Shown here in pieces: positions 28,862 to 38,758 of a DNA stretch of 64,000 nucleotides (positions are counted from its first letter, which is position 1; every line of letters starts with the position of its first letter). The position numbers and the translations under genes were made by a program. The stretch spans positions 5,454 through 69,453 of IMG/VR virus record IMGVR_UViG_3300020442_002247. One strand, written 5' to 3'. The DNA is from a virus. Under the pieces are notes generated by a model. The model searched no databases. It was not told the DNA's origin and saw nothing but the letters and a program-made list of their open reading frames with translations.

Positions 28862-29731
28862 ATGGCAACATTGAAGAACACTTCAGTTTCACAACAATTA
28901 ACGTTACCCTCAGGTACAACAGCACAACGACCTGTAAACCCACCTAACGGATCTATTAGATATAATTCTACAGAAAAATTCGCAGAAATTTATATGAATC
29001 GTGCTTGGAAACCTCTAGACGGTGCAGGCGCATTACCAAGAAATGGTTTACAAGTAGAACTCAGTTATGATGATCCTAACAGTTGGCCTGGTAGCGGTAC
29101 TAATTGGCTGGACACAAGTGGCAACAACAATGATTTTAGAATAGGAACTAATGTTCCTGATTCAGGTCAACAAGCAATGAACTTTAGCACAAATGATCGA
29201 TTAGCAATATACAAAACCAACAGTACAGATGTTCCAAACATGATAGCTAATGGCGGTGCAACCTATGTAGTTGTAACAAGAATTTTAAATAGTACATCAC
29301 AGTGGAGAACACTTACAAGAGGATGGAGTAATGATCATCATGTGATTATAGAAAGTGGTGCTTGGCGTATGGGTATGTATGACAACAACAGTGCTGGTTT
29401 TATGACCAACGGTTATGATCAAAGAAATCTTTGGACATATCCTGATGCGTACGGTGCATTTGTTTGGCGTTGGAGTGATTCAGACCAACCTACATACTGT
29501 TTTAATCATCAACTTGCGGCAGGCGGATTATACACAGCAAGTTTTAATAATTCTAATGGCAGATATAATAATAGTTTTCATTGTATTGGTGGACACCATG
29601 CTTCGAATAACCAAACATCAGGTGATCAACCATGGGGTTGGATAAAATATTTTGCGGCATACAATAGAAGATTTGACGATCCTGAAGTTGAACAAGCAAT
29701 TACACTATTAAGGTATAGGTATAATATTTAA
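28862..29731 (+). CDS. Fibre tip protein with a ConA/LamG-like lectin domain
   Basis: N-terminal GTTAQRP module, then GL...L...DPNSWPGSGT.W.DTSGN.N and a C-terminal W.G.I..F..YNR. Confidence 0.75.
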   Translation: MATLKNTSVSQQLTLPSGTTAQRPVNPPNGSIRYNSTEKFAEIYMNRAWKPLDGAGALPRNGLQVELSYDDPNSWPGSGTNWLDTSGNNNDFRIGTNVPDSGQQAMNFSTNDRLAIYKTNSTDVPNMIANGGATYVVVTRILNSTSQWRTLTRGWSNDHHVIIESGAWRMGMYDNNSAGFMTNGYDQRNLWTYPDAYGAFVWRWSDSDQPTYCFNHQLAAGGLYTASFNNSNGRYNNSFHCIGGHHASNNQTSGDQPWGWIKYFAAYNRRFDDPEVEQAITLLRYRYNI

Positions 29732-29740
29732 GGAAAGAAA

Positions 29741-31702
29741 ATGGCAGTACTACGTTCTACAGTAATTAATGATACAGGGTATTTAAGTTTACCAAGCGGA
29801 ACTACCGCTCAAAGATTAGGTGAAACTAACACTACTTTGGTTTACTTTACATCCGTAGGTGCTACAACATGGACTGTCCCTGCTAATATTGACACAGTTG
29901 AAGTGTTAGTAGTTGGTGGAGGCGGCGGTGGTGGTAACGACATGGGCGGCGGTGGAGGCGGCGGTGGCGTTGTCTATGAAGCGGCTTATGATGTCACACC
30001 AGGAGAAACAATTAACATTACAATAGGACAAGGTGGCTCAGGAGCACCATCAGGAACAAGCGGGCCAGCAGGATCTAATGGATCCAATTCAACTTTCGCA
30101 GGATCAAGCGGTACAATTACTGCATACGGTGGCGGTGGTGGAGCGTCGGATCATGATAGTTCAAGTTATCCTGCAGGATCAGGAGCATCAGGCGGTGGTG
30201 CCGCTGGAGGCGGAATGGGTCCAAGCGGTGGATCAAGTGGTTTTGCACAAGGCGGTGGCGGCGGCTACGGCGGTGGAGCTAGGGGTGTAAGTCTTTATCC
30301 AGATCAAGGAAATGATGGTTCTTGGGGTACAGGACATTGGTACCCAGGTGGTGGTGGTGGAGCTGGAGGCGAAGGCCAAAGTTATCCAAGACCACACGGC
30401 GGACCAGGAGTTCCAAACAATATAACAGGCACTGTTCTTTATTGGGGCGGTGGCGGAGGTGGCTCGGGCTACTCAAGCACTGGTGGCGATGGCGGCATCG
30501 GTGGAGGTGGCGGTGGAGCTGTCAATACCACATACGGCGGATTAGGTTATAACAACGGCGGTAATGGTGGTGGTGGTGGAACCAACACATGGGCTCAGAG
30601 ACCTGGCGGTAATGGTGGTGCCAATACTGGTGGTGGTGGAGGTGGTGGATCACACTATAACTCCAACAACTATGGTGGTACAGGTGGCTCAGGAATTGTT
30701 ATTGTCAAGTATGGAACAAATCCTGGAGATGATAATGCTGGCGCAGGTTCAATGCGTGTCAACAGTGAAACAGGATCCGCAGAATATCTTAGTGCAACTG
30801 GCTTATGGCAAAGTATGGCTATTCCTTTCAAAGAAAGAACAATCATTACAACAGCCTACATGTTAGGCGGTTACAAAAGCTCAGCCGCATGGAATAACGT
30901 AAACAGAACACAAGCAAGTACAGATGTTACAGTAAACCTAGGTGACGGTTCCCTTGAAAGATCATTTAATTACCAATGGGGAGGTAATGGAAGAGACATT
31001 GCTTATGTGTTTGGTGCAGGTAACGGACACGCTATTAATTCAAACTATATTATTGGTTATAACATGCGTACAGAACAACAATATAGCGGTTTCTCAAGTA
31101 GGACTATGTCATATAATGGTCTGAACAAGGGTGGTATATTTAGAGAACATTATGAATGTTATATCACTGGCGGTGGAAGTTCTAATATAGAACATTTTAA
31201 TTTTATTACAGAAACTATTGATCAAAACATTGGTGGCGGTTGGAGTTCGACAAGACAATGGGGTATGAGTTGGGAAAACGAAGGCATATTTTATTGGGCT
31301 AACGACAGTCGTTGGTATAACATGATTACTCGAACTACACAAACAAGTTGGAGTGGACAACCTTCAAACCATGATCAACAAAAATCTCAATGCAGTAAAC
31401 TCAATTACGGTTGGGCAGGTAACGAAGGATCATGGAATGGTGGCTATAATATGCGTAAAACTAACTTTATTACAAGACAAGCAAACATTAGTAGACATGG
31501 TAAGCCAAGAGGAAACTGTGGAGAAGAAAACTTTTCTATGGGGCAAGACTGGTGTTACATGTTAGGTAACTATGACGGCGCTCAAAACAATGGCTCGTGG
31601 AAATGGTATTATTACACAGATACAGGACCAAATCTAGGTAACTCTGGCCAGCCTAAAGGAAAAGGTGGTTCTAGTTCTGGAACATGTGCATGGAGAGATT
31701 AA
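29741..31702 (+). CDS. Glycine-rich fibre protein with a C-terminal Trp/Asn-rich beta-propeller-like domain
   Basis: VEVLVVGGGGGGG...GGSGIVIVKY glycine-rich domain; the C-terminal ~290 aa are paralogous to 31703-32743. Confidence 0.75.
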   Translation: MAVLRSTVINDTGYLSLPSGTTAQRLGETNTTLVYFTSVGATTWTVPANIDTVEVLVVGGGGGGGNDMGGGGGGGGVVYEAAYDVTPGETINITIGQGGSGAPSGTSGPAGSNGSNSTFAGSSGTITAYGGGGGASDHDSSSYPAGSGASGGGAAGGGMGPSGGSSGFAQGGGGGYGGGARGVSLYPDQGNDGSWGTGHWYPGGGGGAGGEGQSYPRPHGGPGVPNNITGTVLYWGGGGGGSGYSSTGGDGGIGGGGGGAVNTTYGGLGYNNGGNGGGGGTNTWAQRPGGNGGANTGGGGGGGSHYNSNNYGGTGGSGIVIVKYGTNPGDDNAGAGSMRVNSETGSAEYLSATGLWQSMAIPFKERTIITTAYMLGGYKSSAAWNNVNRTQASTDVTVNLGDGSLERSFNYQWGGNGRDIAYVFGAGNGHAINSNYIIGYNMRTEQQYSGFSSRTMSYNGLNKGGIFREHYECYITGGGSSNIEHFNFITETIDQNIGGGWSSTRQWGMSWENEGIFYWANDSRWYNMITRTTQTSWSGQPSNHDQQKSQCSKLNYGWAGNEGSWNGGYNMRKTNFITRQANISRHGKPRGNCGEENFSMGQDWCYMLGNYDGAQNNGSWKWYYYTDTGPNLGNSGQPKGKGGSSSGTCAWRD

Positions 31703-32743
31703 ATGGCAACACTTAAAAATACATCAATTAACGATACCGGTCATTTAACCATACCGGGGCAAGGGTCAAATACAGCTGGCAGTATAAGATTTAATACAGT
31801 AGACAATAGACCTGAAACTTTTTTACCAGAAGTTGCTGGTGGAGTTTGGACAAGCCAAGCATTACCGTATCTATCAAGGCAGATTATTACTACAGGTTAT
31901 ATTCATGCAGGATATGCAAGTAGTGTGGTTTTTAATAATACAAATAGAACCACTATTGCAACTGATACAACAATCGACTTAACAGGAGCAGGACAAACCC
32001 AAGAATTAGGACATAATTACAAAGCAAGTTTTTGGAGTAGAGATACAAATTATACAATAGGTGGGTATTCAGGTTCTCACTGTGGTGCATCAAGCACTAA
32101 TATTGCTTTTAATATGCGTACTGAACAAAGTCTTACAACTGGGTATAGTCGAAATATTCCTTGGAACACAAATAATCCAGCGTGTCTGCAACATGAATAC
32201 TTTAAAGGTTGGACAAGTATGGGCGGAACAAGTAATGTATATGAATGGACCTTTGCAAACGAGACACTGAATACAAGCTCGATAGGATCTAATCCAAATG
32301 CAGGTGGTTGGGGAACTAGTCACGAACATTACGGAGTTTGGATTGGTTCAGGAGAAGGATATAGATTTAATTTTGCTACTAGACAAAATCAAGGTGGCAG
32401 AAGTTTAAGAGTACAAGGAGATAAACATCAACATACTCTTACATTTAAACATGCATATCATATTGCAGGTAGAGAGGGTAATCCTAGCTCTAACTGGCGT
32501 GAAACTAACATGATTACAGATGCTACACAAAATGCAATCGGTTCAAAACCAGCTTATAGTGGAGAAGAAAACACAATTACAGGACAAGACTGGGGATATG
32601 GCTTGGGCTGGTATCAAGGATCACACGTTAATACCACATACAAGTTTACCTATGCAACTAGAGCCGGAATCAATACAGGCTCGTCTACACGACCAAAAGG
32701 TGTAGCAGGACAAAGTTCAGCAACGATGTCATGGAGAGACTAA
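31703..32743 (+). CDS. Receptor-binding-like beta-propeller protein (paralogue of the previous C-terminal domain)
   Basis: IITT.Y..GY.SS...NN.NRT...TD.T, GEEN...GQDW.Y.LG.Y.G and PKG..G.SS....WRD are shared with 29741-31702. Confidence 0.72.
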   Translation: MATLKNTSINDTGHLTIPGQGSNTAGSIRFNTVDNRPETFLPEVAGGVWTSQALPYLSRQIITTGYIHAGYASSVVFNNTNRTTIATDTTIDLTGAGQTQELGHNYKASFWSRDTNYTIGGYSGSHCGASSTNIAFNMRTEQSLTTGYSRNIPWNTNNPACLQHEYFKGWTSMGGTSNVYEWTFANETLNTSSIGSNPNAGGWGTSHEHYGVWIGSGEGYRFNFATRQNQGGRSLRVQGDKHQHTLTFKHAYHIAGREGNPSSNWRETNMITDATQNAIGSKPAYSGEENTITGQDWGYGLGWYQGSHVNTTYKFTYATRAGINTGSSTRPKGVAGQSSATMSWRD

Positions 32744-32778
32744 CCTTGGTAAATATTTCATAGTTTAGGAGATAATAT

Positions 32779-33732
32779 ATGTCAAAAGATGAAACTTTAC
32801 CACAGGAAAACAATTTAGATAGACTTACGCAATACAACTCACAAAGATACAACAGTGAAGTTCAAACTGATGTAAGCATGTTACCTGAAAAAGATCAAGC
32901 AGTAATTAAAACTGCGTTAAACAAAGAATGGACTAATCCTAGATATAAACTAAGATGGTTTGTTGGTCAAGCCCAGATTACCCCATTTGCAAAAATGCGT
33001 CAATATCTAATGGAGATTAAATCCAAAGAAGAATCCATTGAAAATATGGAATATGAAATCGCAAAACTAGAAGTAGAATATGATAGATTTAAAAGACTAA
33101 GTGATCAAGCAAATGATGATTTAGATAGAAGATTATATGATGTTGAGAAATGGAATGCAGAACGTAATGTGTACATGAGTAAAAGACGTTTACAAGATTG
33201 GTACTTAGAAAGACAAACACTCATAGATCTTTATAATGAATTCATGGCAAGTGACGAAGCATACCTACCTGACGGAAGCGGTCGTACATATATGGATATT
33301 TTAAATACCAAAGAAGAAGACGTATATGAAGCAGAGTATTGGACAAACAGATTAGCAAAACAAGCCGCAACAGACATGCTGTTTTACGGAAGAATTAATG
33401 GCGGAAATATGGATGCTATTTTAATGATGCCTCCGGAGCAACAGGCAGAAACTTTAGCATTGACAGTTAATTATAGTACAAAACTAAAAAGTTACCAAAC
33501 ACAATTAGAACACACTGCTAATGAACAATTAAAATTGGGTGATAAAACTTGGGATGATTTGAAATCCTTAGCAGAACCAGGAGGTATTGAAAATAAAAAA
33601 CTAGTTGAAGAAAAAACATCTGAACCTAATGGCAAGACTGTACATAACTTTGATGACAATACTTCAAAACAGATAAATAATAGTGAGCAACAAAAAGACG
33701 GAGACTTATTAGATAATGTATATCCTGTATGA
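32779..33732 (+). CDS. Hypothetical coiled-coil protein (possible fibre assembly chaperone)
   Basis: SD AGGAG, with late-like GTAAATA at 32749-55. Helical and charged, unlike the neighbouring fibres. Confidence 0.6.
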   Translation: MSKDETLPQENNLDRLTQYNSQRYNSEVQTDVSMLPEKDQAVIKTALNKEWTNPRYKLRWFVGQAQITPFAKMRQYLMEIKSKEESIENMEYEIAKLEVEYDRFKRLSDQANDDLDRRLYDVEKWNAERNVYMSKRRLQDWYLERQTLIDLYNEFMASDEAYLPDGSGRTYMDILNTKEEDVYEAEYWTNRLAKQAATDMLFYGRINGGNMDAILMMPPEQQAETLALTVNYSTKLKSYQTQLEHTANEQLKLGDKTWDDLKSLAEPGGIENKKLVEEKTSEPNGKTVHNFDDNTSKQINNSEQQKDGDLLDNVYPV

Positions 33733-34309
33733 AGCAATAGCAAGTGATGATCCAAGGTTAACTTCTAATATTCAGAAGAAAAATGATGCATGGCACTATG
33801 AAATAGCTTGGGTAGAACCATCAACTATTGAAGCAAATCCTATTAAATGGCTACGCTACAGAGAGATTACCACACATGAAGCAGAAACACCTAGGTTTTT
33901 CAATGCACTAGACGATGAAGTGCCAGTAATGGTTATCAAATCTAATGTAGCTGATTTGATAGAACCAACTAGTTTTAGTGATCCCGAGTATGAAAAGCAG
34001 ATGTATAAACTTACTCAAAATGACAAAGATAATACAGTAAGTTTAATGAAAAAAATCATGAAATTGCACACTGATAATCATGTTGATGATGAAGTAACAA
34101 GAAACAAACTTTACACAGCAATAGATGCTTGTAATACACTTACTGAGACTCAGATGTGCTTTGCTACTTATTTTGAATGGGAATGTGCTTATACTGCAAC
34201 TAGAGATAAAATACAGGAATTTGGTGTAGATTGGAGCATTCCTGCACCAAGAGGTGATAATCCGGAAGATACTAATTTCGTTGTTCCAACTGATAATCCC
34301 CCTAGCTAA
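33716..34309 (+). CDS. Hypothetical protein (possible fibre assembly protein)
   Basis: 197-aa ORF overlapping the previous gene, with SD GGAG upstream. Confidence 0.6.
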   Translation: MYILYEAIASDDPRLTSNIQKKNDAWHYEIAWVEPSTIEANPIKWLRYREITTHEAETPRFFNALDDEVPVMVIKSNVADLIEPTSFSDPEYEKQMYKLTQNDKDNTVSLMKKIMKLHTDNHVDDEVTRNKLYTAIDACNTLTETQMCFATYFEWECAYTATRDKIQEFGVDWSIPAPRGDNPEDTNFVVPTDNPPS

Positions 34310-34316
34310 AAATCAC

Positions 34317-34345
34317 TTTACTTTTTACTAAAAAAATGTTATAAT
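34317..34345 (+). promoter_or_regulatory. Sigma70-type promoter of the enzyme island
   Basis: TTTACT(34317-22)-17 bp-TATAAT(34340-45) with an extended -10 TG. An overlapping late-like ATAAGTA follows. Confidence 0.65.
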
Positions 34346-34370
34346 AAGTACACTATACTTCTGGTGAATT

Positions 34371-36044
34371 ATGAGAAAAATTTTTAGTGTACCGTTAAAT
34401 CCAAAATTAAATCCTGAGCAATATAAAACATATTGCAAATTTCTGCTTGAACATAAAGATTATATCAAAGACATTTATTTTACATCACGTATACCTCCTT
34501 TTATGCAGGATGCTATGGGCGATGTATTTGTATATAAAGAAGATTATGACTATGCCATAGATCAAGCACTTAACATACAAAATACTATAGGCATTCCAGT
34601 AAGTGCAACTTTTAATAATATCAAAGTACCTCCAACACAGAAAAATTTAGATATCTTTATCAAACATTTTAAACCTTTGTACGATAAAGGTATAAGAATT
34701 GCAACAATACCGCACACACATTGGATGGGTACCGGCCAAATTAAAAAAGCATTTCCTGAATTATACGTTAAAAATACAATTTTAAGAGATGTAAGAACTG
34801 CCGCAGAAATTGTAAATTTAGCTAAAAGAGGTTTTGATTATATTAACTTAGATAGAGATTTAATGCGTGATAGAGATACTCTTCTAAGAATAAAAACAGC
34901 TAAAGAATGGATTAAAGAAAATCTAGGAAAAGAAATTCACATTAGTTTACTAGCAAATGAAGGCTGTTTAGGAAACTGTCCTATGATGGTAGAACATTTT
35001 GAATTCAACAATTCAAGAGAAGGTTACGCTCCACAATATTTCAACGATCCTATTAGCAGAGTGAGCTGTCCAAAGTGGGACGTAGACGATCCTAGTGTAC
35101 ATTTAAAAACTGCAAATATACCTCCATGGAAAGAAGACTGGGACGAGTTTATAGACGAGTTAGGTATAGATGTATTTAAAATGCATGGCAGAGAAGCACC
35201 TAGTAGACTTTTTGAAACACTAGAAATAATAAAACGTTATGCAAAAAATGACGAAATATTAATTGATCATTTTAATGATTACTTAGAAGATAATAATCTT
35301 AAAGAAAAACCTATTAACGCTTGGCGTAAAAAAATTAAAAATTGCAAGTTTGATTGTTGGGAATGTCATTATTGTGATGATATATTTAGAGTAAAATCAG
35401 AAATAGAACACACGCCATTAGTAAAACATGTTGCACAATCTCTTTTAGATTCCGGCGTACCAAGTGTAAAAAATAAAGTATCAGGGTTAACAAGTACAAG
35501 AGTCAAAAGTTTAATGAATAGTTTTGCTTCAAAAATAGAAAATTATATGGAAGTTGGTGTCGGCAATGGCTCTATTTTTTGTAGTGTTTTAGAAAATAAT
35601 AAATTAAATGCTGTAGGCATTGATAACTTTGAATTACAGATGCAACCAGGAAGAAAAGATATTTCAACTTTGCCTGGATCTAGCTTTTTTACTTTAGAAC
35701 AAAATATAAATCAATGGCAAGGTGATAATCAAGTTGAAATTATTAACCAAGATATGTTTACAGTTGATACAAGTAAATTTAAAGGTAAAATTAATATGTG
35801 GTTTTATGATGGCCCGCATGACATAGAAAGTACTAAAAGAGCAGTTGAACATTATAGTAAATGTTTTGCAGACGAATGTCTACTAGTGTTTGATGATGCT
35901 AATTGGGATGGAGTTGTAGAAGGTGCAAGGCAAGGAATTAATTCTATTAATAGACTAGTAAGTTATGAAAAAATACTTTTAAATGAACAAGAAGATGCAA
36001 GTGCTTGGTGGAACGGCTTGTATATTGTGGTGTTAAACGTATGA
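34371..36044 (+). CDS. Peptidase U32-like Fe-S protein fused to a class I SAM methyltransferase
   Basis: TIM-barrel-type LDRDL.R, LANEGCLGNC, SC..W and FKMHGRE (cf. U32 KIEGR), plus a CxxxCxxCxxC cluster. The C-terminal MEVGVGNG...FYDGPH...FDDANW is Methyltransf_24-like. Confidence 0.7.
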   Translation: MRKIFSVPLNPKLNPEQYKTYCKFLLEHKDYIKDIYFTSRIPPFMQDAMGDVFVYKEDYDYAIDQALNIQNTIGIPVSATFNNIKVPPTQKNLDIFIKHFKPLYDKGIRIATIPHTHWMGTGQIKKAFPELYVKNTILRDVRTAAEIVNLAKRGFDYINLDRDLMRDRDTLLRIKTAKEWIKENLGKEIHISLLANEGCLGNCPMMVEHFEFNNSREGYAPQYFNDPISRVSCPKWDVDDPSVHLKTANIPPWKEDWDEFIDELGIDVFKMHGREAPSRLFETLEIIKRYAKNDEILIDHFNDYLEDNNLKEKPINAWRKKIKNCKFDCWECHYCDDIFRVKSEIEHTPLVKHVAQSLLDSGVPSVKNKVSGLTSTRVKSLMNSFASKIENYMEVGVGNGSIFCSVLENNKLNAVGIDNFELQMQPGRKDISTLPGSSFFTLEQNINQWQGDNQVEIINQDMFTVDTSKFKGKINMWFYDGPHDIESTKRAVEHYSKCFADECLLVFDDANWDGVVEGARQGINSINRLVSYEKILLNEQEDASAWWNGLYIVVLNV

Positions 36045-36667
36045 GGACTAGTATAAATGATATCTTTAGTGTGCCTATATACCAATCTCCTTTTGGACAT
36101 GTAGAAATAATCAGGGAGGAAATTAATAAAGCGATAGAACAATCAGATTTTAAAAATGAATGGCAACCTGATAATGATACTGCAACAACTACATATGTAC
36201 CTAATAAAGAAACAAATGTAATTGAAAAATTTAATATGTCCATTTTTAAAAAAGGCTTAATGTATCATTGTTATGAATATTTAAAACAAACACAGCAACC
36301 TTTTATTGATAATACTTTACAAGTAGATGCATCATGGATAAACATATTTTCTACAAAAGAGTTAATAGGTTACCATGAACACGGCTATCAACCTAATATG
36401 ATAAGCGGTGTGTACTATCATGAAGCACCTGAAAACTGTGGAGATATTATTTTTAAAAGTAGTAATCCCTATACTGTTAGCTTTCCCCACCCATCGCCTT
36501 TGTATAATAACTTATTTAAAATTAAAGCAGTACAAGGAAATATACTATTGTTTCCTAGCTGGATTCTACACAAAGTAGAACCTAATAAATCGAAAAATCA
36601 GAGATCATCTTTGTCTTTTAATGTAACATTTGATTATACATACTATAGTAGGAATGAAAATGAATAA
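36041..36667 (+). CDS. Putative 2OG-Fe(II) oxygenase (TIGR02466-like)
   Basis: SWINI...HEH...ISGVYY...GDIIF...LLFPSWILHKV.PN....RSSLSFN. Start placed at the ATGA overlap, 36041. Confidence 0.85.
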   Translation: MRTSINDIFSVPIYQSPFGHVEIIREEINKAIEQSDFKNEWQPDNDTATTTYVPNKETNVIEKFNMSIFKKGLMYHCYEYLKQTQQPFIDNTLQVDASWINIFSTKELIGYHEHGYQPNMISGVYYHEAPENCGDIIFKSSNPYTVSFPHPSPLYNNLFKIKAVQGNILLFPSWILHKVEPNKSKNQRSSLSFNVTFDYTYYSRNENE

Positions 36668-38192
36668 AAAAATAGAAAATATTATAATTTTTGGCGGAGG
36701 TACTAGTGGTTGGTTGACAGCTTCTTATCTACAAGCTAATTTAAGATTACCAACAAAAATTACTCTTATAGAAGATGCAAGTGCTGGCCCAATCGGTGTT
36801 GGTGAAGGTACACAACCGTTAACAGCCCAATTTTTATATGCTTGTGGATTAGATCCTAAACAATGGATGAAACCAAGTAATGCTAGTTTTAAATTTGGTG
36901 TTGAACTTACTGGTTGGAATGAAGATCCTTATTTTGTTGATAATGATAGTGTAAACAATTATATGCCAACTACAGGAATTTTTACAAGCGATTACTTTAT
37001 AGGAAAGCCGTATAAAGAATTTGCTAAATGGTATCCTGCTTATAGATTAGCCAAAGCAAACAAAAGTCCAAAGATGACTGAACTTTTAGATCATAACTAT
37101 AATCAAGGTTTAGATGGGTACGGTGCAGTGCATTTTGGTGCTTATGATATTATTACTGCTTTAAAAGAACTGTTAGGAGACAAAATAGAATATGTAGATA
37201 CAAAAATTTCTAGTGCTGAAACAGATGAAAACGGAATAACAAAATTAATTGACGCAGAAGGAAAAGAATATTCTGCAGATTTATACTTAGATTGTTCCGG
37301 CTTTAAAAGTCAATTACTAGAAAAAACATTAGGATCAGAATTTATTGATTATAAAAAAGAAGGTTGGTTGTTAAATGATAGTGCAGTAGCTATACCTACA
37401 CAATATAAAAATCCAGAAGAAGAATGTCATCCTTATACAAAAGCAACTACAATGACATGCGGTTGGAGATGGACTATTCCTACGTATGCACGAATAGGTA
37501 ACGGTTATGTATATGATAGTGATTTTATTTCTCCAGAAGATGCTGAAAAAGAATTAAGAGAAGCAATAGGAGATTTTGAAACTCCAGCAAAACATTTACA
37601 GATGAAATGTGGTACACACAAAGAAATTGCATTAAAAAACGTGTGCGGGATTGGTCTAGCTGGCGGATTTGTTGAACCATTAGAAGCAACTGGTATAACA
37701 TTTACAACTGGTGTAGTAAAATCTTTATGCGAGTTACTAAATGTTTTTGGATCAAATTGGAATCAACAAGTTACAGATAACTTAAACCAAGGTTGGTACG
37801 AAATGTGTATAGAAATATTAACATTTGTGTGGTCTCATTATTATTTTAGTCAAAAATCAGATACTCCTTATTGGAAAAAAATAAGAGAAAAAACTCCAAC
37901 TGAATTGCCAAGTGATGGGCAATTTATGTTAAATCAATATTTTCCGGAACTAAAAAGATTTTTGTTCTTCAGTAAACAAAGTATGTTTAGCTCACAGCAA
38001 TGGTTTAGCATGTTACATGCTGGCGGAGCATATAAAACTTTTGAAGGTACATTTGGTCATAGCGGAAAAGTTGAAGAATATATAGAAGACTTTTTAAAGC
38101 AACAAACTGCTAGAGTAGATAATGTTATTAAAAAGTTTCCAAATCAATATACATTTTTAAAGGATTGGTATGAAGGATGGACAGTAGATTAA
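36660..38192 (+). CDS. Flavin-dependent (tryptophan) halogenase family protein
   Basis: GGGTSGW (FAD), VGEGT, ASFKFG (catalytic Lys position), GWRWTIP (WxWxIP) and FVEPLEATG. Confidence 0.9.
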   Translation: MNKKIENIIIFGGGTSGWLTASYLQANLRLPTKITLIEDASAGPIGVGEGTQPLTAQFLYACGLDPKQWMKPSNASFKFGVELTGWNEDPYFVDNDSVNNYMPTTGIFTSDYFIGKPYKEFAKWYPAYRLAKANKSPKMTELLDHNYNQGLDGYGAVHFGAYDIITALKELLGDKIEYVDTKISSAETDENGITKLIDAEGKEYSADLYLDCSGFKSQLLEKTLGSEFIDYKKEGWLLNDSAVAIPTQYKNPEEECHPYTKATTMTCGWRWTIPTYARIGNGYVYDSDFISPEDAEKELREAIGDFETPAKHLQMKCGTHKEIALKNVCGIGLAGGFVEPLEATGITFTTGVVKSLCELLNVFGSNWNQQVTDNLNQGWYEMCIEILTFVWSHYYFSQKSDTPYWKKIREKTPTELPSDGQFMLNQYFPELKRFLFFSKQSMFSSQQWFSMLHAGGAYKTFEGTFGHSGKVEEYIEDFLKQQTARVDNVIKKFPNQYTFLKDWYEGWTVD

Positions 38193-38758
38193 GTTTATTT
38201 CACTCAGATTTATTTTTACGTAGAGATATAGGTACCAAAGATCAAATAGATGATTTACGGAGACAAATATTAGAAACTAAAAATACCGAAGGTACAGCAC
38301 TTACAGAAAATAATCCAAATTGCTGGAGGTCTAATGCTAATTATCAAAATTTAGATTGGCTAATGAAGGCAACACAAGAACTAACAATGCGAGCCGCTGA
38401 ATATTATTTTGAAATGGACGAATTTTTTAAAGGGTATGTTACACAAAAAAGAATCAATATAAATTATTGGACAAATGTTAACGATCCTGGAGGAGGAAAT
38501 GTACTTCATACACATGAAAAAGATTGCTTTGCGGCTGTATACTATTTAGATGCAGAAGATACCGGACTTATACATTTTAGTAATCCGGCTAATGTTCTTA
38601 ATCAATGCAATAGACAATCTCCTTTTACTAGATCTATGTCTTTACCACCAGAAGATAACAGTTTGATATTATGGCCTGCGTGGATTCCACACGAAGTTGA
38701 AGTAAATCAATCTAACAAACAAAGGATAAATCTTGCATTTAGCATAATGGTATCGTAA
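38177..38758 (+). CDS. Putative 2OG-Fe(II) oxygenase (TIGR02466-like)
   Basis: WTNVN.PGG.N.LHTH...AVYY...LWPAWIPHEV..N.S...RINLAF. Confidence 0.85.
   Translation: MDSRLSLFHSDLFLRRDIGTKDQIDDLRRQILETKNTEGTALTENNPNCWRSNANYQNLDWLMKATQELTMRAAEYYFEMDEFFKGYVTQKRININYWTNVNDPGGGNVLHTHEKDCFAAVYYLDAEDTGLIHFSNPANVLNQCNRQSPFTRSMSLPPEDNSLILWPAWIPHEVEVNQSNKQRINLAFSIMVS

Noticed and set aside
29900-30700. GC-rich GGTGGCGGT-type repeats as a foreign island or repeat array
   Set aside because: Fully explained by polyglycine coding in frame.
28862-32743. Diversity-generating retroelement acting on the adhesin genes
   Set aside because: No reverse transcriptase and no near-identical template/variable repeat pair differing at adenines was seen in the window.
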